In this document: one piece after another, positions 55,566 through 64,000 of the stretch
How the letters are laid out: every line of letters begins with the position of its first letter
How positions within the stretch are numbered: the first letter of the stretch is position 1
Assembly (NCBI GenBank): GCA_964016885.1
Contig: OZ024742.1
Coordinates: forward strand, 246,202,001 to 246,266,000
Source: Eledone cirrhosa
Lineage: Eukaryota
DNA length: 64,000 nt
Direction of reading: 5' to 3'
The notes under the pieces: generated by a model
The model's input: only the letters and a program-made list of their open reading frames with translations
What the model was told of the DNA's origin: nothing
Database searches by the model: none
Program-made: the position numbers and the translations under genes

Positions 55566-55657
55566 TCCGGAATAAAACTAGTTTGCGGATAACCTTTCAA
55601 TTATATTCACTCTCGTTTTATTGTCTAAAGCGAACAAATCCCTCAAACAAGTCCATG

Positions 55658-55732
<75 letters not shown>

Positions 55733-56123
55733 AGAAGAAGAAGAAGAAGAACAGACCTCAGCACGGGACTTGTATATTTTTTTTATTGACTCCGAAAGGA
55801 CGAAAGGCAAAGATGACGTCGGCGCGATTTGAACTCAGGGCGCTGAGAGCCGGAACAGATATCGCGCAAGGCATTTTATCCGAACTTTTAATGACTCATC
55901 CAATTCGCCGCCTTACACATACATTTATAACATTAATACAGGAAAATACTTTCATGATGAAACTCACCAAATATCTGCTCCTTCGCGTCATGTTTTTTGA
56001 TGATGTTCCCTGTATCATACTCATCCCGTTAGTTTCATAGCTTTCACTTTGCCAGAGCGATTAAGAGAAACCAAATTCTCAACATAGATTTAGTAGTAGA
56101 CATAGAAACCAATACTTAATGCA

Positions 56124-56700
<577 letters not shown>

Positions 56701-56891
56701 ATATATGTTTATGTATGTATACGTTTTGATGTAGGTATCAGTAAATATATACACGTGTGCGTGTATATACCTAATTATGACCAGTATATGTGATGAGGTT
56801 GTATATGAATACAATAGAATATATATTTAGAAATGATCAAGTATATCGTATGTGTGGTTGACATTCAAATGGATGCAACGACGTGTGTGTA

Positions 56892-56925
<34 letters not shown>

Positions 56926-57311
56926 GTTAATGCACCATTTGAAAATAATTAATCATATATACTCATCTAGCCCTGCAATAAGTTTATAGCCATTTTCGAT
57001 TTCTTTTTATATATAGCATTAAATAACATGTGTGCGTGGAATGTGTGTATATGTGTGTGTGTGTGGACGTTTGTATATGAAACCAGAGAGGGTGTAGAGT
57101 AAAGATTATGCCATTGCTAAGCAACACTAACTTCCTTTTCAGCTTGACTTCCCCTCCTCACCTGTTAATCATTACCACACGGCATGCCGGTCTTCACACA
57201 TGAACGACGTTGGCGGCGGCGCTGGTGGTGAAGCAGGTATGAAAGAAGAGACGGATATATAGAGAGTACTGAAGGAGAAGGGAGTAAGAAAGAAAAAGTT
57301 AGGCAGAGAAG

Positions 57312-57340
<29 letters not shown>

Positions 57341-57344
<4 letters not shown>

Positions 57345-57529
57345 AAGTATGACCCCGACGGCAGAGCTCAAGCCGTTTCGACGGCTATTTCAGGACTGAA
57401 ATAGCTGTCGAAACGGCTTGAGCTCTGCCGTCGGGGGTCATACTTTTTTCTATTTCCCACTCTACTACCTTAAGTATTGAGTACTCTGGTGCGTTATGGT
57501 CCATTTGATTCCTTACCACAATTCCTTTG

Positions 57530-57530
<1 letters not shown>
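57341..57530 (+). mobile_element. Second copy of the hairpin element, inserted in (TA)n
   Basis: Near-perfect palindrome at 57341-57450 centred on ttcag-ga-ctgaa, followed by an ~80-bp tail similar to the reverse complement of 14061-14140. (TA)n on both sides. Confidence 0.8.
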
Positions 57531-57589
<59 letters not shown>

Positions 57590-58069
57590 TAATAAAAGGC
57601 AAATGGGGTGACAGAGAATGAGAGATGAAGCGAGAGAGCAGTAAAATGGAGCGAGATGAGGAGGAAGGGTAGTAAAACAGAGAGAAGTGGAGAGATAGAT
57701 AGATAGAAGAGAAGTATAACCAGAGCGAGGGAGAGGAAAGATAAACATTAAACGAGAGAGAGAAGGGGAAAATAGATAGAGAAATGTAAGGAGAGGGGAG
57801 AGAGAGTGAGAGATATAAAAAAAGACAAGGAATTATAACGAGAGAGGGAGTATAAAAAAATACAAAAAAGATAAGGAATTGTTGCGTGAGTCAAGAGTAG
57901 GGGTAGGATTGAAAGAGAAATATCTAAACGTTCGAATTAGGAAGAGTGTGTGAATGAAAATATGTCTTCTTCTTGTTCAAGTGGAACTAGCCAAGCTCAA
58001 GGATATTATCGAACCATCTTGCTTGGGGTCTACACCTGGGTCTCATGCCTGCTGGTTTTGCCCGTAAAA

Positions 58070-58312
58070 TGTGTCCAGCGATTCTTTCCTAGGACATTCT
58101 AACCACATGCCCATAGTATCGGAGCTGTGATCTCTCAATTCGGACAAGTAGCAGCTCTACCTGGAGTGACTCTCTGATCTCCGAGCTACAGATCTGTCCA
58201 GCGATTCTTTCCTGGGACATTCTAACCACATGCCCACAATATCGGAGCTGTGATCTCTCAATTCTGAGAAGTAGCAGCTCTACCTAGAGTGACTCTCTGA
58301 TCTCTGAGCTAC
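58070..58312. repeat. ~122-bp direct tandem duplication within a dispersed repeat; inverted relative at ~60820-61080
   Basis: tgtccagcgattctttcct...gagtgactctctgatctc occurs twice. The reverse complement agagtcactccaggtagag...aatcgctggaca is at 60820-60893. Confidence 0.8.
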
Positions 58313-61300
58313 GCACTCTATCGAGTAACGTTGATTGGGTTGGTTGGATACGAAAAAAGGGTGAGCAAATAATATTGGGGTGGGGGATTTAGAAGTTGAG
58401 GAAAGGAGTACAAAGATATTAAGGGTTGATGTACTGAATGCCGAATGCAAAAATTGCCTAATTGAGAATTCCCACTTATTGGGAAAAGAAAAGAAAAGAA
58501 AAGAAAAGAAAAACCTAGCAGCAATTGTTAACGACTCTCATGGAGAAGGAAAGATAATTTCTAGAAATTAAACATTAGTTTCTGAAAGTTTTTTGAAGGT
58601 AAAGAAAACCACTGACGTATTTCGGTTTGTTACACGTCATCAGCTTAGTATAGTATAATCAAGTCTGTTCGATAAGTTGATTAAAATTGAAAACAAATGT
58701 TATGTTCATTAAACACATGGGAGTCTCGTTATAAAAAAAAAAAAATTTTTTTGTAATGAAAACATTTTTCTTTTTTGTTCTGTGAACATGTCACAGGTAT
58801 CTCAGTCGCCGCTGAGAATGCCAGATAGCTGTTTCAAGATTCGTTAATCTCTCATCAGGTACTGAGACATCCACTCAACCGGTACTAAGATGAAAATAGA
58901 TGAGAGCCTATATAGACTTTGCGTATTGAACATTTTCTGGAAACGCTCACATAGTGCGAATTTATCTGGTTATAATTAATTGGTAGTAGCACTAAGACAG
59001 CGTTGAGCATAATAGTGGTGTATATGAAGACATATACCATTTATGTATGATAAATACACGAGAGCCTCGCTATCAAAAAAAAAATTTTATTATGAAACAT
59101 TTTTACATAAAGAAAATTAGGAATAAATTTTGGGCCACAATAATTTGCATAATTAAAAAAAAATAATGAGCTAAGGAAAATAATTCAAATGGGTCAATGA
59201 AATACATAAATAAAAAGGTACAGTGGAATAGGAAGTAAAAGTGGTTGAAGAGATGGATGGAAGTAATAAGAGTAAATGAGAAAGGGGACTAAAGAAAGGA
59301 GTTTTATATCGACAGCAGATGAGAGAAAATAAGAAAAACAAAAGGTGTACTAGAGTGAAAGATAAATGAGAGATGCTGACAACAGGTATTAAAATATTAA
59401 AGTGGGTGTTATTGGAAACTATATATCAATCACCTGCATTGGCATAAATTCACGAATCCAGTACCACTCCTGTCAACTCTCCCCGTCCGACAGGGAGATC
59501 TCCCACCCACTTAGGGGTAGGTGAGAGATGTCTTCTCTTGTGAAAATGGGTATAGCTTTCATTATATAAAATCTCCCCATTTTGCCCCATTTCTCTCCGT
59601 TTTGGGGCACCCTTTTTCATGGTATTCCCCGTTTGGGATTTTTAGAGATTAGCAGGTCTGCAGTACCTTTCACCTTACTCTTCGATCAATGTTTGATAAT
59701 CCTGCGATACATAGGCTTCCAAGAAAGTCATTCTCAGCTACTGACATCCAGCTAGAGTGCATATAGGTGTTGAAGTAGTGCTTATTGACAATCGATGAAT
59801 CATGGCATTCTCCCCGGAGGATCTGGGAAGGTTATAAGTACAGTATTTTCTTCGGACCTAAATCATAAAAAAGTTTGGGGTTATGGCGTTTCAGGGAAGG
59901 TCCTTTTCTGAAACTTTAGATTTTATTTCTCTTCATCGTATCAAAATTGATTTTATTCACTCTATTTAGCAGACATGAACCATCATTCAGGGTTCAGGGT
60001 TAAATCCAAAATCTGACAAAAAAAAAAAAAAAAAAAAAAAAAACAGTGATGGTTTGTGTTAGTAACAATTAATCATAAGAAGAGTTAAATATTTTTAATG
60101 AAGAATCTAATGTTTCGGGCCATTGCCCTTCATCTAAGAGCATAGGGGACATGCGAGAGCAGGCATAACTGAGCTTGATATCAGGGATACGAGGTAGAAG
60201 GTAAAATAGGGAACTAGAATTAGAGAGGGAGGGTAAAATGATCCAAATTTCAAACCGGACAGAAGGAGGAAGTGATGTTTAAGATAAGAGAGAAGAGGTG
60301 AGGAGATGAGAGGAAAAAAAGGGAAAGAAAGTAATGTGAGTGAGAGACCACGAGCACACTTAACTACAAAGTGTCCCGGTATGTATTTACGACATACAAC
60401 TAGTGCTAACAACGAACATTAATTTCTAAGCTTTAAATTGATAATTACTTTCATTTACCAACGTCGTTATTTTGAAAACCTTTATATTGATTTTTTTTAT
60501 TATTCTTCGTAACCACAGAGGATGTGAGGAGCTGTTGTGTAACTTTATATATTTATTTATTTATTTATTTTTGCTTTTCCTCCTTTCGAAATCGATAAAA
60601 CAAGTGCCAGACAAGCCCTGAATTCGATATTAATTGACTAAGTGTCGTATTGTTGTTGTTTTCAGTGTGCTATATAGTGCTGAATCTATTGTTTTAAGTA
60701 TAACTTACATTCTGATAGTTATCTCTATACATAATACATATTCACTCTGACTTAACCCTTTCGTTACCATATCTCTAATGAAATACACTACCTATGCGTT
60801 TGAATCAATTTTGAAAATCAGAGTCACTCCAGGTAGAGACTCTACTCCGAATCACAGCTCCGATACTACGGACAAGAAAATAATCGCTGGACAGATTTTT
60901 ACGGGCAAAAAAAAACCGGCAAGAGACACAGGGATAGACCCTGAGCAAGATGGTTGGATAACAGCCCTGAACTCGGCTGGTCCCTCTTGGGGATCCTGCC
61001 GGATCAATTAGAGACAATTGCTTCTGACAAGTCTCTTCCTTAACGACCCTCCCAAGAATAAGTAGGCGAAGAAGAAGATAAAAAATTGGAAGAATTTAAT
61101 AAAATAATTCACCTTTTCATTATTAAGGTGATGTTTGGAGCATTACTTTAAAATTTCTTTTTTTTAAATTGCTAGAAGGTTGTAATATGAATATGGATAT
61201 TTTAAAAATAAGGGTGTTTTAAGGCGTCTTATCAAAAGCATTAAATTTGAAAACAAATTACGAACGAATTTTCTTGGTTTTGAATTTAATTGTTACTTCT

Positions 61301-61559
61301 TTTGGTTTTTTTTACACGGACTGTATTGTATTTGCACCGTACATATTTTTTTTATTTTTTTTTTTTGTAAAACCACTGTGTAGAATAAAGAAATTGTCTA
61401 TAATTTCAAACGGTTAGCTATTTAGACAGAAAATTCGTGATCTGCATATTGGACATAGATAGAACACGAAGACAAGGACCTAGTTACTTGAAGATTAATA
61501 CTTCGTTTCTGGTGCGTAAAGCCTACAGCGACCGGATTAGCTCATTAGTTAAGCACTAG

Positions 61560-62540
61560 TTGACAGGGTCTGTCGTCAACAGAATGTGGTAGGGTGCTCT
61601 CAAAAGAATGATTAGAATAGAATTGATAGCATTTAGTAAAGAAGTAGAGAGAGGAAAAAGTAGAATTGAGGGAGAATTTGTAACTAAACTAGAAGTGATA
61701 TTGCAACCGAAGTCCTAGCGGCGAGAATGGCACTAGACCATTTCTTCAACGCGAAACACGAAGGGTGCATTGTCAGGGCTAAGGCGCGTGCTCTAAAAAA
61801 TGAGGAAACGAAGGCTGTTCGATGGGCCCGGGTGGCAATAAAACCACAATTCGGTCTTTGACGGACCACGACGGGCGCATGCTGCTCGATTCCAAGCAAG
61901 TGTGTATGGATTTTTGCCAGCACTTTGCACAACTGTTTGGGTTGGGGACGATGGTGGACTTCAGTTCCTACCTCGATGGATTACCGCGACTCTCGGCGGC
62001 TGATGCTAAGTTCAACGAGGTTGGTGCTTGTTGTCAAAAATCTGGTACGGGAGGTGCAACCTGCACCTCATGTGATACATCATAGAGAGGGTAAGCTTTC
62101 AATAGGGTCAACCATCGATACCTGGAGGCAGCTGGCTTCGGTCCCATCTTCAGAGGCTAGATTGGTGCAATTCACAGCGGTATCTGCTCGGTGGTCAAAG
62201 TTAAATAACCACCTATCGGAACCGTTACAAATAAAGCGCTTGATCCGTCTAGGGTTCCCTCTCTCCTCTCTTCTATATGTGTTTTCTCTCGGGCCATTTC
62301 TACAGAATTTGGAATTGTTGTAGGGCATACCCCTCGAACCGGGTCGTTGAAAGGCTGTATCCAGCATATGCAGAAGATGTCACCATGATGGGGTCGAATA
62401 CTTCGGAAATCGTGGTTGTCGGTAACTTTTTAGAGAAATATGAAACTTGGCGGGAGCAAAAATCAATCCGTATACGTCGGTGGGTTTGCAGCTCGGCACA
62501 CGGTAAGTCAAATCCATGTCGTTCAACAGCGTCGTCGGGT
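61560..62540 (+). mobile_element. Tx1/L1-clade LINE relic, internally deleted
   Basis: GCIVRAKAR, VKLNNHLSEPLQIKRLIRLGFPLSSLLYV (VRQGCPLSPLLY-like) and YAEDVT (YADD-like). Locally GC-richer. Confidence 0.8.
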
Positions 62541-63366
62541 GTCTTTCCGCAGCTCGTCTCTTTAACTGAGCTGCAGTCGTGGGTGGGTCAAGCGAAAGCC
62601 GAGACGTGACTGTATGTCATTTGTACATACATGCTAAACAGTTATTTAATTATATCCTAGAAATGGATTATCAAAATATCCTTTTGATCTTTAATCACTT
62701 CCACATATCAATAATCAACATAAGCCTTTGGGCTTTTCCTATACAAACAATACATTTGTCAAAACACATATTTCCCAGTTTGTATAATTGGTCATAAATC
62801 CTGGTAAATATGGTATAGCAATGTTGAACAAAGTATATTTAGCGCTATTGCTGTTATTATTGATGCCCCTGGCCCACTAGTAATAAACACTTTTTTCCAA
62901 CGTTTGTTTTACCTTCTTGTGTCAAAATTCATTTTGTTCGCCTACTAAGACTTTTTGATTGGTCATATTTATTTTCCGTGTTTAAAGAAGAAGAAAAATG
63001 AGGTGGAGAAAGAGGAGAAGGGTATTTATATTTTATTTCATTTTTTCGTGATTATTTTATTTGGTTAAATTTTATTTTATTGGTTAATGTGTTTTTGAAG
63101 AAATCGATATCTACACTTATACACTTTCACAAGAGACATGGATTAGTAAATAAAATAGGTGATGGTGCAGTCAGTGTTTGGTGGCTTAGAATTGGAGGAC
63201 GATTATGAAGGTATTTCTGTTTCAAATGAAATTGTGGCAGTTATAAATGTTGCAGAGGAGAAGAAGGGTCGTGCAACAAATAAAATCATGTAACATATTT
63301 TTTGTTCCCCGATTCTAAGTGTCATTTCCTGGTTTGTTATATCCCATTATTATTATTTTAAAAAAA

Positions 63367-63558
63367 CGGCGGTGGATTGGCAGCATCGGTAGAGGGTCGG
63401 ACGCTATGATTTGACGCATAGAGTTACGGTCCTTGCCATTCTGAATTCAAATCCTGCCAAGGTTAACTTTGCCTTTCATCCTTACGGGGTCGATAAAATA
63501 AAGTACCAGTAATGCACTGGGTAATTTGCTGGCCTTGTGCCAAAAGTAGAAACAATTG
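63367..63558 (+). mobile_element. SINE family A, full length
   Basis: ggcggtggattggcagcatcgg head, B-box and core. Confidence 0.88.
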
Positions 63559-63773
63559 TTATTAAAAAAAACACTATTATTTAATCAGAAGTTTGGGTTT
63601 GTGGTCAGGAGTTTGATATTTCAAAATTTTCATATTTTTCAAGAAAAAACATCTTTTAAAAATTTATCAGTTCATATAATTAAATCAACAGAGCATATAT
63701 TTATTTTATTACACAAGCTTATCAAAAGCAAACAAGTAAAAACAAATAACACTTATAAAGCAACTTATACACG

Positions 63774-64000
63774 TCAGAAATAACTGGATTTCCGGTTGTA
63801 GTCCAGGTCGCATTCCCGCACTAGCCCCCAGATATAGTCACCCATCATTTTTTCATTGTAGTGGCCCTGGTATCTCCGCTCTATCTCTTTCCACATCCTG
63901 GTGGAATCGTTCACCTTGTTCTTCTGAGTAGGCGCCCATATTGTCCTTGAATTTTTCCAGGTGAGCGTCCAGCATATGGAGTTTAAACGACATCCTGCAT
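63774..64000 (-). mobile_element. C-terminus of a DNA transposase relic, probably Chapaev3/CMC type; runs off the window
   Basis: Translates as CRMSFKLHMLDAHLEKFKDNMGAYSEEQGERFHQDV/KEIERRYQGHYNEKMMGDYIWGL with one frameshift. The SxEQGERFHQD motif belongs to a known transposase family; the superfamily name is from memory. Confidence 0.65.

Overview
Eukaryotic, AT-rich and repeat-dense animal genomic DNA. The SINE, RTE and microsatellite repertoire resembles coleoid cephalopod (Octopus-like) sequence; this host call is inference only. The only host gene I can support is the 5' end of an axonemal dynein heavy chain (DNAH3-like) on the minus strand. It has six phase-compatible GT-AG coding exons between 14380 and 2667, none of which the ORF track shows as a gene, plus a candidate start exon at 39519-39548. 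The gene continues off the left edge. If the start exon is real, its ~25 kb intron is ~90% filled by a 22.6 kb array of a 21-bp satellite with nested higher-order structure, including an apparently exact 8083-bp tandem duplication. A second, different 21-bp minisatellite lies in another intron. The remainder is transposon debris: tRNA-type SINEs, RTE, CR1/Jockey, CRE and Tx1 LINE relics, mariner and Chapaev-like transposase relics, and hAT MITEs. The most unusual items are a ~195-bp element with a ~110-nt covarying hairpin (two copies, one with a 15-bp TSD), a ~430-bp-arm inverted repeat, and the satellite-filled dynein intron. No CRISPR or prokaryotic system is present. All coordinates and identities were read by eye; no searches were run.
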